A DNA stretch of 64,000 nt, taken from positions 19,224-83,223 of the forward strand of contig CAKULG010000001.1 of assembly GCA_934667105.1 (NCBI GenBank), written 5' to 3'. A model generated the notes under the pieces. It did not search any database, was not told where the DNA came from, and saw only the letters and a program-made list of their open reading frames with translations. This document shows, in pieces, positions 9,545 through 20,443 of this stretch. Numbering within the stretch: the stretch's first letter is position 1; every line of letters begins with the position of its first letter. The DNA comes from an uncultured Clostridia bacterium. Lineage in GTDB: Bacteria > Bacillota > Clostridia > Christensenellales > Aristaeellaceae. Both the position numbers and the translations under genes were made by a program.

Positions 9545-11176
9545 TTACTTGCCGAAGTAATAGGCTTCGTGCAGCTCCAGCAGGCGGGACAGGCCCAGAT
9601 TTTCCATTTCGGTCTTGTAGGCTTCCCAAGCGGCGTCGTCATTGATATCGCGCTTGCCGATGATGAATTCGGTCACGGCGGCGATCATGGCGTCGCCCAC
9701 AGCGGTGTTCAGCTCAGCGCGCTCGTCGATGAGATCCTGATCGGTGCACCAGCTGATCTGGGGGAACTTGGTAACGGTGGCAAAGGGCGCGTACACGCGA
9801 TGCGCGTTGATGGCCAGCAGCTGGCTATCGGTGGCGGCGTCGGAAGCGGCCTTGCTGTTATAGTCTTCCAGGGTACGATAGGTGTTGGGGCCCCAGCCCT
9901 GGGGCAGGTATTCGTTGTGGGTGGAGCCATACTGCCAGATCATCTTGACGGACTTGTCGCCGCCGCCGAAGGAGGGCTCGTCGCTCCAGACCCAGTGCTT
10001 GCCTTCCTGGCCGTAGAAGTTGCTCCAGGAGCGGCCTTCTTCGCTGTAGAAGTAATCCAGCCAGCGAATGGCGACGATGGGATCCTTGCAGGAGGAGGTG
10101 ATGAAGGTGCGCAGGCTGATGACGTTATCCTGAGAAGCATAGCAGCCCTTGACGCCCTTGGGGCCGGTGAGGGGCTCGATGCACTCATAATCGGTGAAGG
10201 TAACGTAGGAAGGATCGGCGTTGTAGGTCAGCAGGCGATAGGGATAAGGAGCGGCGGCCGCGCCAACGGTGACGTTGGTCTTGGGCACGCTGGTCAGCTG
10301 ACGGAACTGGAACAGATCCTGCACGTAGGTTTCTTCAACCAGCAGCTTTTCCTTATACAGATCGTTGATGTACTGGAGGCCTTCGCGGAAATCGTCGGAC
10401 AGGGCCACGCAGGTCACGTTGCCGTCGTCGTCCGCCAGCATGTAGGGCAGGGGATTGCCCGCGGGGCACAGGGTGAAGGCGTTCATGAGGAAGGTATGGG
10501 GATCGGCGCCCTCTCTCCAGTACTGATAGTTACCGGTCAGGGGGATTTCGTCGGTGTTGTCGCCGTTGCCGTTCATATCGTTGTCACGGAAATAGATCAG
10601 CATATCCTTGAATTCTTCGGTGGTGGCGGGAGTGCCCTTGCCGGTGGCGGTCTTATAGGCTTCCAGCCATTCCTTGTACACCCACATCTTCGGGATGGAT
10701 TCCTGCACGTTGTAGATCAGCTGGGGCAGCTCATAGATATGGCCGTCGGGAGCGGTGATCTGCTCGCGCACGCCGGGGTTGTCTTCCAGCGCCTTGACGA
10801 TGTTGGGGGCGTACTGGTCGATCAGGTCTTCCAGGGGAATGATCACTTTGTCTTCCGCGTACAGCAGCGCGTCGTCGGTGCTCAGCCACTGCAAGTAGAT
10901 GTCGCAGCGATTGTTATCCGCCATGGAGGTGTTGAACTTCTCGGAGGCTTCGGAGGAGTTCGCGGTGGTCCAATTGATATGGACGTTGGTCTTCTCTTCC
11001 ACGGTGACGACTTCGTAGTTGGTGGGGTAGTCTTCAACGGTGGCCAGCTGGGGGCACCAAACGCTCAGTTCCACTTTTTCGGTGGAGATGGGGTATTCGC
11101 CGGGCTGGGTCAGTTCCGCGATACCGCAGGAGCAAACCATGCACAGCAGCAATACCAGGGCAACCAGTTTCTTCAT
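9545..11176 (-). CDS. ABC transporter extracellular solute-binding lipoprotein (large sugar-type SBP)
   Basis: The signal peptide MKKLVALVLLLCMVCSCG contains lipobox-like Cys residues. Size and composition fit the large LplA-like sugar SBPs. Start at ATG 11176 behind AGGAGGAACA. It is the last gene of a permease-permease-SBP operon. Confidence 0.85.
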   Translation of the reverse strand: MKKLVALVLLLCMVCSCGIAELTQPGEYPISTEKVELSVWCPQLATVEDYPTNYEVVTVEEKTNVHINWTTANSSEASEKFNTSMADNNRCDIYLQWLSTDDALLYAEDKVIIPLEDLIDQYAPNIVKALEDNPGVREQITAPDGHIYELPQLIYNVQESIPKMWVYKEWLEAYKTATGKGTPATTEEFKDMLIYFRDNDMNGNGDNTDEIPLTGNYQYWREGADPHTFLMNAFTLCPAGNPLPYMLADDDGNVTCVALSDDFREGLQYINDLYKEKLLVEETYVQDLFQFRQLTSVPKTNVTVGAAAAPYPYRLLTYNADPSYVTFTDYECIEPLTGPKGVKGCYASQDNVISLRTFITSSCKDPIVAIRWLDYFYSEEGRSWSNFYGQEGKHWVWSDEPSFGGGDKSVKMIWQYGSTHNEYLPQGWGPNTYRTLEDYNSKAASDAATDSQLLAINAHRVYAPFATVTKFPQISWCTDQDLIDERAELNTAVGDAMIAAVTEFIIGKRDINDDAAWEAYKTEMENLGLSRLLELHEAYYFGK

Positions 11177-11251
11177 AGGATGTTCCTCCTTCAAGAATAT
11201 ATCTCTATGCGAAAAGGCTTTCGCATAAAAGATTCGGGAATTGGGGGCTGA

Positions 11252-12187
11252 TCAGCCCTTCACGGCGCCGATCATCACGCCCTTGACGAAATACTTCTGC
11301 ACGAAGGGATACAGGCACATCACCGGCAGCGAGGAAACGATAATCAGGGAATAGCGCATCACCTCCGCGCGCTTTTCCATGAGGGCCTGGGTGGTGGAAT
11401 CCAGGGTCACGTTGCTTTCCATGGAAAGGCTCTGGCTTTGCACCAGCAGCTCGCGCAGCACGTTGGCCAGGGGCAGCTTGCTCTTATCGGAGATATAGAG
11501 CAGCGCGCCGTAATAGGAATTCCACAGATCCACGGCGTAATACAGGCCGATGACCGCCAGGATGGGGCCGGAGAGGGGCAGCACGATTTGCAGCAGGAAG
11601 CGCCATTCGCCGCAGCCGTCGATCTGGGCCGCCTCGCGCATTTCATCGGGAATGCTGGTGTTGAAGTAGGTGCGCATCACGATCATGTTGTACACCGACA
11701 GGGAGCCGGGCAGAATCAGGGCCCAGATGGTGTTGAGCATGTTGTAATTGCGGATGGTGAGGTAGGTGGGGATCATGCCGCCGGAGAAGTACATGGTGAA
11801 GATGCACAGCGCCATGACCACCTTGCCGTTTTTAAAGGTTCTGCGGGAGAGGGGATAGGCGCACAGGATGGTGACCACCAGGGCCACCGCCGTGCCCGTG
11901 ACCATATAGAGCAGGGAGTTGGCATAACCGCTCCAGACGGTTTTTTGCTCGAATACGGCGTTGTAGCCTTCCATGGTGACGCGGGCGGGAATGAGGGAAA
12001 GGCCGCCGCCCGTCATCACGCCGCCGGAGAAGGAGGCGGAGAAAACGTAGAGCAGGGGATAGAGAACGATGATGAAGAACGCGAACAGCGCCAGGGTGAC
12101 GAAGGTGAGAAACACATAGTCGGATTTCATCAGCTTGATCGCCGAGTTCTTTTTCTTTTTGCCGGTTTTACGATCGATGGTGCTCAT
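11252..12187 (-). CDS. carbohydrate ABC transporter permease (MalG/LplC-like)
   Basis: 311 aa, about 6 TM segments, with the EAA loop EAAQIDGCGEWRFLLQIVLPLSGP. GGGAGGA RBS. Confidence 0.85.
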   Translation of the reverse strand: MSTIDRKTGKKKKNSAIKLMKSDYVFLTFVTLALFAFFIIVLYPLLYVFSASFSGGVMTGGGLSLIPARVTMEGYNAVFEQKTVWSGYANSLLYMVTGTAVALVVTILCAYPLSRRTFKNGKVVMALCIFTMYFSGGMIPTYLTIRNYNMLNTIWALILPGSLSVYNMIVMRTYFNTSIPDEMREAAQIDGCGEWRFLLQIVLPLSGPILAVIGLYYAVDLWNSYYGALLYISDKSKLPLANVLRELLVQSQSLSMESNVTLDSTTQALMEKRAEVMRYSLIIVSSLPVMCLYPFVQKYFVKGVMIGAVKG

Positions 12188-12207
12188 GCTTGCGTTTCCT
12201 CCCTTCC

Positions 12208-13209
12208 TCAGAACAGCGAGCTGCCGCTCAGCTTGCCCGTAACTTTGTTGACCAGCACCAGCATCACCATGTTAAACAGCGATTGGAACAGGCCGATGGC
12301 CGCGGAATAGGAATACCGGGGACGGCCGGAGGCGATGCCCACTTTGTAAACGTAGGTGGCGATCACTTCGGAAACGCCGCTGTTTAAGTTGTTTTGCAGC
12401 AGCAGCACTTTTTCGAAGCCGATGTTCAGCAGGCTGCCGCAGCGCATAATCAGCAGGATGCAGAAGGTGGGCAGCACGCCGGGGATATCCACATGCCAGA
12501 TGCGCTTGACGATGCTGGCGCCGTCCACGATGGCGGCCTCGTGCAGCTCGGGGGAGACGGAGGCCAGGGAGGCGATGTAGATGATGGCGCCGTAGCCCAA
12601 CTCCTGCCACACGCCGGACCAGACGTAGATGCTGTAGAAATACTCGGACTGGGCCATGTAGTTGGTGGGGGGCACGCCCAGATAGCCCAGCGCCACGTTG
12701 ATGATGCCGCCGCGGGCGTTGAGGAACTGGAGAATCAGCGTGCACATAACGACGGTGGAAATGAAGTGGGGCGCGTAGCTGACCATCTGCACCGTTTTGC
12801 GGAAGCGCTTAAAGGGAACGTAATTCAGCAGCAGCGCGAAAATCAGCGAAAGCGGGAACGTGGCCAGAGAATAGAGATTGATGAGCAGCGTGTTGCGCAG
12901 AATCTGCCAGAACTGAGGCGCGTCGAAAAACTGCTTCACATACTTGAAGCCCACCCAGTCGCAATCCTCGATGGCGCGGGTGATGCGGAAATTGCGGAAC
13001 GCGATCTGCACGCCGTACATGGGCACGTACCGGAAGGCGATCAGCACCGCTACGGGCAGCAGCAGCATGATATATAGCGCGCCGTGCCGGGCGATTTCGT
13101 TTTTAAAGGCGGTGGAGAATTTTTTCCGCGGGGCGTGGGAAATTGCTTTGGTTGACACCTGGCTCTCATCCTCTCTGACGAAAATCGATTCATCACTTTC
13201 AACAATCAT
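12208..13209 (-). CDS. carbohydrate ABC transporter permease (MalF/LplB-like)
   Basis: EAA loop EAAIVDGASIVKRIWHVDIPGVLP. The start is uncertain: ATG 13209 has no obvious RBS, and an in-frame GTG at 13158 follows GAGGATGAGAG. Confidence 0.8.
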   Translation of the reverse strand: MIVESDESIFVREDESQVSTKAISHAPRKKFSTAFKNEIARHGALYIMLLLPVAVLIAFRYVPMYGVQIAFRNFRITRAIEDCDWVGFKYVKQFFDAPQFWQILRNTLLINLYSLATFPLSLIFALLLNYVPFKRFRKTVQMVSYAPHFISTVVMCTLILQFLNARGGIINVALGYLGVPPTNYMAQSEYFYSIYVWSGVWQELGYGAIIYIASLASVSPELHEAAIVDGASIVKRIWHVDIPGVLPTFCILLIMRCGSLLNIGFEKVLLLQNNLNSGVSEVIATYVYKVGIASGRPRYSYSAAIGLFQSLFNMVMLVLVNKVTGKLSGSSLF

Positions 13210-13444
13210 TGAATCTTAACGCGACTTATTATAGCACGCATAATTGCATAAAGCAAATACTTTTATCTACAAAAATATTAAAATTTTTATTCGTTTTCCA
13301 CTTTTTGAAAATGTAAATGTATTTTCCAGAGCCGAAAAATACATGCGGGGGGGGGGGGTGTCCGATGGGAGAATTGTGTTGGATTTTTGCAAAATAAATC
13401 GAAAAATGCTGAAAAAGAAAACGTTTGGAAAAATCGATCAAATT

Positions 13445-13625
13445 CCCCGTAAGCAGTTTTTCCCCTTCCCCAAACGGCTTTCTCGGAAGGTATGGGAGGA
13501 AATTTTTGCTTTTATATGTTCGCGGGGAGGCTGGCTGAGTTCTTATTACCTGAATTTACCCAATCGGCTTTCTCGGAAGGGCGCGGGGGAACCGCTCTTT
13601 GGCCTCCAAAGAGCGGTTCCCCCGC
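13445..13625 (-). repeat. intergenic hairpin-plus-module repeat, composite copy 2
   Basis: Hairpin at 13583-13625 lies immediately after the stop of the LarA-like gene. The module CCTTCCGAGAAAGCCGATTGGG (reverse complement of 13559-13580) is followed by a second hairpin-less module copy (13468-13490). Confidence 0.8.
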
Positions 13626-13635
13626 ATATTTATAT

Positions 13636-14907
13636 TTATTCTCGGCACATCCATAGCCCCAGGGCGGGGTTGGGAATGAAATAGAAGGGTTCGCCGTCCG
13701 GGGCCTGGTGGAAGCCGGGCTGCCTGTCGGCGGGCAGATAGCGGCGGCAGGCCTCCTGGTAGGGCATGCAATCATAGCCCACGCCGCGGATTTCCGCGTC
13801 GGTCAAATGCGGCGCGGCGTAGATAATGCGGAAGCGCCCGTCGGCAGAGCCGTGAATCAAATGCGCGGCGGCGGAACGATTTTCCCGCAGGGCCGCCTCG
13901 GTTTGCAGCAGGGCCAGCACGCGCTCCCGCCCGCAATAGCCGTAGCGGCGAATCAGCGCGTCCACCGCCGCATCCTCGCCAAAGCGCCGCACGCCGGGGG
14001 CCAGAATTACCAGCTCCCCGCCCGGGGCCAGGGCCATCCGGGTTCGGTAAACGGCCTTGTTGCCCAGCCAGGTGGATTTGAACTCCTCCGGCTCCAGATA
14101 GACCACCGCCCGGGGAAGGGGCTGATCCAGCCAGGTGATGTTCGCCTGCTGGCTCAGGGCCACCGCCCGCTCGAAAAGCGCCCGCTCCCGGCCGATGAAC
14201 AGGCCGTGCAGCCGCCCGCCGCCCGCCCCCTGGGTGGCTACGGTGAGCAGATAGCAAAGGGGCAGATGGGCGAGAAAGCGCTCCTCCGCATAATCGAATA
14301 CCCGGCGCACGGGAGAAAAATCCCGGCCCATCACCCGCTCCGCGCCGTAGGCCGCCCCCAGCATGTGGGAGGCGTTAATCATCTCGCTGCCGCCCAGGCC
14401 CACGAATAGATTCTTGTTCCGGTTGGCCATGCCCGCCACCTCGTGGGGCACCACCTGGCCGATGGAGAGAATCAAATCGTAATCGGGGCACAGCAGCCGC
14501 TTGTTCACAGATACGGGGATGCACTCGGAAAATACCCCCTGGGATACCTCCCGGCAGAAACCGGCGGGCACCTCCCCCAGGCGCACCACATCCTCCCGCC
14601 AGCGATGGATGAGAAACCGCTGGGCGGGGACGCCGGGATACATCCGGACGATTTCCTCCGCCGTCATGGGCGCATGGGTGCCCAGGGCGGGCATCACATC
14701 CGTCTCCGCCCCCATTTCCCGCAGCCGGGCGTATAAATGCACGGTGATGGGCCCGGCACAGGAATAAAAGCGCGTGAAATCCGGCGGCAGCAGCAGCACC
14801 CGGCGCAGGGGCGCCTGGCTTTCCAAAAACGCATCCAGGGCGCGGCAGACTGCGTCCTCCGCCAGAACGGCGGGATAGGCGGACAGGGCGGCGGCGTAAG
14901 GCTTCAT
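13636..14907 (-). CDS. lactate racemase (LarA) N-terminal-domain / DUF2088 family protein
   Basis: 424 aa starting MKPYAAALSAYPAV behind GGGAGGAACA. The overall length and layout (PPDFTRFYS, GTHAPM, VPHEVAGMANRNKNLFVGLGG) match what I recall of the LarA-like superfamily. The ATG overlaps the mutY stop (ATGA). Confidence 0.65.
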   Translation of the reverse strand: MKPYAAALSAYPAVLAEDAVCRALDAFLESQAPLRRVLLLPPDFTRFYSCAGPITVHLYARLREMGAETDVMPALGTHAPMTAEEIVRMYPGVPAQRFLIHRWREDVVRLGEVPAGFCREVSQGVFSECIPVSVNKRLLCPDYDLILSIGQVVPHEVAGMANRNKNLFVGLGGSEMINASHMLGAAYGAERVMGRDFSPVRRVFDYAEERFLAHLPLCYLLTVATQGAGGGRLHGLFIGRERALFERAVALSQQANITWLDQPLPRAVVYLEPEEFKSTWLGNKAVYRTRMALAPGGELVILAPGVRRFGEDAAVDALIRRYGYCGRERVLALLQTEAALRENRSAAAHLIHGSADGRFRIIYAAPHLTDAEIRGVGYDCMPYQEACRRYLPADRQPGFHQAPDGEPFYFIPNPALGLWMCRE

Positions 14908-15965
14908 TTCTGTTCCTCCCTTGGGGCGGTTTCTTCCCGCGCCAGTATTTCTTCCGCCCGGGCCCGGGCGGCGCGCATGGCCGTTGGCAGGGGCAGCGCG
15001 GCGATCTCCTGGCGATTGGCCCACACCCCCTCCCGGGCACGGGGCTCCGCCGCGGTGAAATGATACAGCTTCATGTTCCACACCCGGTGGGTGAATACAT
15101 GGCGGGCTTCTCCCAGGGCCTGGTGAAAGACGGCCTTGACCCCCAGGCCCCGCAGCGCCTTTTCCAGGGCGGCGCGGCCGCCCGCCCCCTCCGTCAGAGG
15201 AAACACCCATAGCCCCCGCAGCAGCGCCTCCTCCCGCATGCGCAGCAGCGCCTTTCCCCCGCAGGTGACGATGGCCACCGCCACGGGCACTTCCTTGGGC
15301 GGCGGCGCGGCGGCCTTGATGGGCAACATGTCCGCATCTCCGGCGGCGTAGGCGTCGCAGAGCGAACGCAGAGGGCATTTTTCGCAGTCGGGCGTGCCGG
15401 GGGTGCAGATGGTGGCCCCTAAATCCATCAGCGCCTGATTGAAATCGCCGCAGCGGGTATCGGGCATATCCTCCCGGGCCAGGGCGGCCAGGCGGCGGGC
15501 CACGGAGGGAACGCCCACATCCTCCCGCACCCCGTGCACCCGGGAAAGCACCCGGGTCAGATTGCCGTCCATGGCGGGGCAGGGCAGATCAAAGGCGATG
15601 GAGGCCACCGCCGCCGCCGTATACGCCCCCACCCCGGGTAGCGCCCGCAGCGCCGCTTCCTCCCGGGGAAAAACGCCCTGATACTGCGCCACGATCACCT
15701 GGGCCGCCTTGTGCAGATTCCGGGCCCGGGAATAATAGCCCAGCCCCTCCCACAGCTTCAGCACCTCCTGCTCCGGGGCCGCCGCCAGGGAAAACACATC
15801 GGGAAACCGGGCCAGAAAGCGCGTCCAGTACGCGCCCACCGTTTCGGTGCGCGTCTGCTGAAGCATGATTTCACTGAGCCAGATTTGGTAGGGATCCTTC
15901 GTACCCCGGAAGGGCAGAACCCGGCGGCAGCGATCGTACCAGGCGAGCAAAAGCTGAGCAAGCAT
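14904..15965 (-). CDS. mutY: A/G-specific adenine DNA glycosylase
   Basis: WYDRCRRVLPFRGTKDPYQIWLSEIMLQQT, an HhH-GPD motif, a 4Fe-4S loop (C-x6-C-x2-C-x5-C: CTPGTPDCEKCPLRSLC) and a C-terminal NUDIX-like domain. Start at ATG 15965 behind AAAGGAG. Confidence 0.88.
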   Translation of the reverse strand: MLAQLLLAWYDRCRRVLPFRGTKDPYQIWLSEIMLQQTRTETVGAYWTRFLARFPDVFSLAAAPEQEVLKLWEGLGYYSRARNLHKAAQVIVAQYQGVFPREEAALRALPGVGAYTAAAVASIAFDLPCPAMDGNLTRVLSRVHGVREDVGVPSVARRLAALAREDMPDTRCGDFNQALMDLGATICTPGTPDCEKCPLRSLCDAYAAGDADMLPIKAAAPPPKEVPVAVAIVTCGGKALLRMREEALLRGLWVFPLTEGAGGRAALEKALRGLGVKAVFHQALGEARHVFTHRVWNMKLYHFTAAEPRAREGVWANRQEIAALPLPTAMRAARARAEEILAREETAPREEQK

Positions 15966-16241
15966 AGGGGCTCCTTTCAAACGGCGATATATTATAGGAA
16001 GAAAATGCGGCGGACGGCTGACGCGCCTTCGCCCGCCAGCCTGAACGCCGTCCGCGCCCCAGAGAAGCACGGGGGCGGTTTTCCGAATCGATTATAGCAT
16101 AGACTTTGCCCGGAATAAACACGAAAAAATAAAAATAAAAGAAAACGCGAGCAATTTAAAGAAAACATATGAAAAACAGCCAATAACAAGAAATAATTCG
16201 ATAAAACAGGGAAAAACAGAAAAATTCTGGAAGAATTCTGC

Positions 16242-16270
16242 TTGCGTCCGCGCGCCGAATGCGATACACT
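16242..16270 (+). promoter_or_regulatory. putative sigma-A promoter of groESL
   Basis: TTGCGT, 17-bp spacer, TACACT, located 14 nt upstream of the CIRCE element. Confidence 0.45.
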
Positions 16271-16283
16271 ATGCAAGGATGAA

Positions 16284-16310
16284 TTAGCACTCAATATCAA
16301 TGAGTGCTAA
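16284..16310. promoter_or_regulatory. CIRCE operator (HrcA binding site)
   Basis: TTAGCACTC-AATATCAAT-GAGTGCTAA is a perfect match to the TTAGCACTC-N9-GAGTGCTAA consensus. It lies 47 nt upstream of groES. Confidence 0.95.
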
Positions 16311-16338
16311 CAAGGAAAATCCCCGGCAAAGCCCGTAA

Positions 16339-16641
<303 letters not shown>

Positions 16642-16656
16642 AACCATTTCCAATAA

Positions 16657-18330
<1,674 letters not shown>

Positions 18331-18378
18331 GACGCGTCGCTTACGCTCAAAATTTAGGCGCATTATAGGGTAAAAAAG

Positions 18379-18420
18379 CTCCGCCGTCTGCGTTGCGCAG
18401 AAGGCGGAGTTTTCTTTTTT
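18379..18420 (+). terminator. intrinsic terminator of groESL
   Basis: CTCCGCCGTCTGCG-TTG-CGCAGAAGGCGGAG followed by TTTTCTTTTTT. Confidence 0.85.
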
Positions 18421-18514
18421 CTGTAGGCGCTTGGCGATATTCCTATAGCGCAGCGCGTTAAAACACGATATAATTATGCTGAAGCCGACAAAAAATGCAA
18501 GAAGGAGGAGAACG

Positions 18515-19150
18515 GTGTATTTTACATACGGAGAAACCGAGCTTTCCTATCTGCGAAAGAAGGACAAGCGGCTATGCAGCGTCATTGACCGTATCGGGCA
18601 TATCGACCGCGCGGTGGATACAGATTTATTTTCGGCCGTCGTTCACCATATCATCGGGCAGCAGATTTCCACCAAGGCGCAGGCGACGATCTGGCAGCGG
18701 ATGCAGGATGCGCTGAGCGCGGTCAACGCTGAAACTATTCTGGAGGCAGGCGTTCCCAAGCTGCAAGGGCTGGGCATGACGTTCCGCAAGGCGGAATACA
18801 TCACGGATTTTTCCGAAAAAGTCCATACCGGCGCGTTTAATCTGGATGCCGTGGAGCGCATGCGCGATGAAGACGCGATTCGGGCCCTGAGCAGTCTGAA
18901 AGGGATCGGCGTCTGGACGGCGGAGATGATCCTGCTGTTCTGCCTGCAGCGGCCCGATGTTTTCAGCTACGACGATCTTGCCATCCAGCGAGGCTTGCGC
19001 ATGATCTACCACCATCGAGAAATTGACCGCAAACTGTTTGAAAAATACCACCGCCGTTTTCACCCCTATTGCAGCGTGGCCAGCCTGTATCTCTGGGCTG
19101 TGGCGGGCGGGGCCATCCCGGAGATGCGGGACTATAAGTCGAACAAATAG
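18515..19150 (+). CDS. DNA-3-methyladenine glycosylase II family (AlkA-like, HhH-GPD)
   Basis: The HhH-GPD core (LSSLKGIGVWTAEMILLFCL ... YDDLAIQRGL) carries the catalytic Asp context. GTG 18515 follows GAAGGAGGAG. The upstream in-frame ATG 18476 lies 2 nt after a TATAAT (18469-18474), so it is probably not the start. Confidence 0.8.
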   Translation: MYFTYGETELSYLRKKDKRLCSVIDRIGHIDRAVDTDLFSAVVHHIIGQQISTKAQATIWQRMQDALSAVNAETILEAGVPKLQGLGMTFRKAEYITDFSEKVHTGAFNLDAVERMRDEDAIRALSSLKGIGVWTAEMILLFCLQRPDVFSYDDLAIQRGLRMIYHHREIDRKLFEKYHRRFHPYCSVASLYLWAVAGGAIPEMRDYKSNK

Positions 19151-19163
19151 AGGAGGATACGCC

Positions 19164-19697
19164 ATGCCGTTTATTCAACATTACGATTCGCCAATGGGCG
19201 GGATTCTGCTGGCGGCGGACGAGATCGGGCTGGTCGGGCTGTGGTTCGATGGGCAAAAATACTTTGCTCGCGATTTGCCTGAGGAGCGTATCGAGCGGGA
19301 TACACCCGCGCTTACAGAAGCCAAGCGCTGGCTGGACATTTATTTTACCGGTAAAGAACCTGACTTTCTGCCGCCGCTGCACCCCATCGGCTCCGCATTC
19401 CGGCAAGACGTGTGGGGAATTCTTTTACAGATTCCCTACGGAAAGACTACAACCTATGGCGAGATCGCACGGCGGCTTGATGAAAAGCGCGGTCTTTCCC
19501 GAATGTCCGCCCAGGCGGTGGGCGGCGCGGTGGGGCACAATGAAATCTCCATTATCATTCCATGCCACCGGGTGGTGGGCACAAACGGCAGCCTGACCGG
19601 GTACGCCGGGGGAATCGAGAAAAAAATAAAGCTGCTGGAATTGGAGCAAACCGATATGACTCACTTTTTCATGCCGAAAAAGGGCACGGCGCTTTAA
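19164..19697 (+). CDS. ogt: methylated-DNA--protein-cysteine methyltransferase
   Basis: Active-site motif IIIPCHRVVGTNGSLTGYAGG. AGGAGG RBS at 19151. Confidence 0.92.
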   Translation: MPFIQHYDSPMGGILLAADEIGLVGLWFDGQKYFARDLPEERIERDTPALTEAKRWLDIYFTGKEPDFLPPLHPIGSAFRQDVWGILLQIPYGKTTTYGEIARRLDEKRGLSRMSAQAVGGAVGHNEISIIIPCHRVVGTNGSLTGYAGGIEKKIKLLELEQTDMTHFFMPKKGTAL

Positions 19698-19710
19698 TGG
19701 AGGGAAAACG

Positions 19711-20214
19711 ATGATTGTTGCAGCCACGACACAAAAGATGATCGCGTTTTACAGGGGTAACATCCACGATATTGACCATTTTCTCAAGGTCTGGGCCATG
19801 GCAAAGACGATTGGCGAGTTGGAGGCGCTGGACAAGCACGCACAGGAGGTTTTGGAGCTTGCCGCTGTGGTGCATGATATTGCCTGCCCGCTGTGTCGGG
19901 AAAAATACGGCGATACCAACGGAAAGCATCAGGAACTGGAAAGCCCGCCGTTGGTAGAGGCGTTTTTTAAGGGGCTTCCCGTTGAACGCCCTGACGTGGA
20001 ACGTGTTTCGTGGCTGGTCGCGCATCATCATACCTACGCGAACATCGACGGCCCGGATCATCAAATTTTGCTGGAAGCGGATTTTCTGGTCAACGCGGGC
20101 GAGAGCGGCTATACGCCGTCGGCGATCCGCAATTTCCGTGAGCGCGTGTTCCGTACGGCCGCAGGCAAAGAACTTCTGGACAGTATGTATCTGAAAGGCG
20201 CTGAAAACTCATGA
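19711..20214 (+). CDS. HD-domain phosphohydrolase family protein
   Basis: 167 aa with H...HD (AAVVHDIACP) and a downstream HHH metal-ligand pattern. Specific function unknown. Confidence 0.7.
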   Translation: MIVAATTQKMIAFYRGNIHDIDHFLKVWAMAKTIGELEALDKHAQEVLELAAVVHDIACPLCREKYGDTNGKHQELESPPLVEAFFKGLPVERPDVERVSWLVAHHHTYANIDGPDHQILLEADFLVNAGESGYTPSAIRNFRERVFRTAAGKELLDSMYLKGAENS

Positions 20215-20443
20215 AATCTTCCAATCGACTTCAAATTCAACAGGCGTTTGCCCAGCAGGCCGCGGGATTCGAAAGCGACCGCATGAGCTTTTCCCAGAAA
20301 GACTATTTGGCTCATGTAGTGCGGGAAATTGCCCCAACAAAAACAAGTGCTGTTCTGGAAGCGGCGGCCGGGCGATTGCGCCTCATGCCAGAAGCGTGGT
20401 TTGCCTGGATATGACGTCCGTCCTGCCTCTCCTAGAAGGCTGA
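20211..20443 (+). pseudogene. class I SAM-dependent methyltransferase remnant (frameshifted and 3'-truncated)
   Basis: The N-terminus QQAFAQQAAGFESDRMSFSQKDYLAHVVREIAPTKTSAVLEAAAG runs into motif I. The frame then breaks and the expected continuation AIAPHARSVVCLDMT is readable in another frame. A stop follows at 20441-20443, and most of the fold is missing. Confidence 0.7.

Noticed and set aside
9536-11251. 571-aa plus-strand ORF, and likewise 28009-29787 (592 aa) and 40153-42048 (631 aa, minus strand)
   Set aside because: Each is the mirror frame of a solute-binding protein or of the GGGtGRT/IscU-like pair. Those real genes have signal peptides, RBSs and family motifs, whereas the mirror frames have none.
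14908-15378. N-terminal extension of the LarA-like ORF to 580 aa
   Set aside because: The extension lies entirely inside mutY in another frame and is Gly/Arg/Pro-rich. The ATG at 14907 has a strong RBS and an ATGA overlap with the mutY stop.
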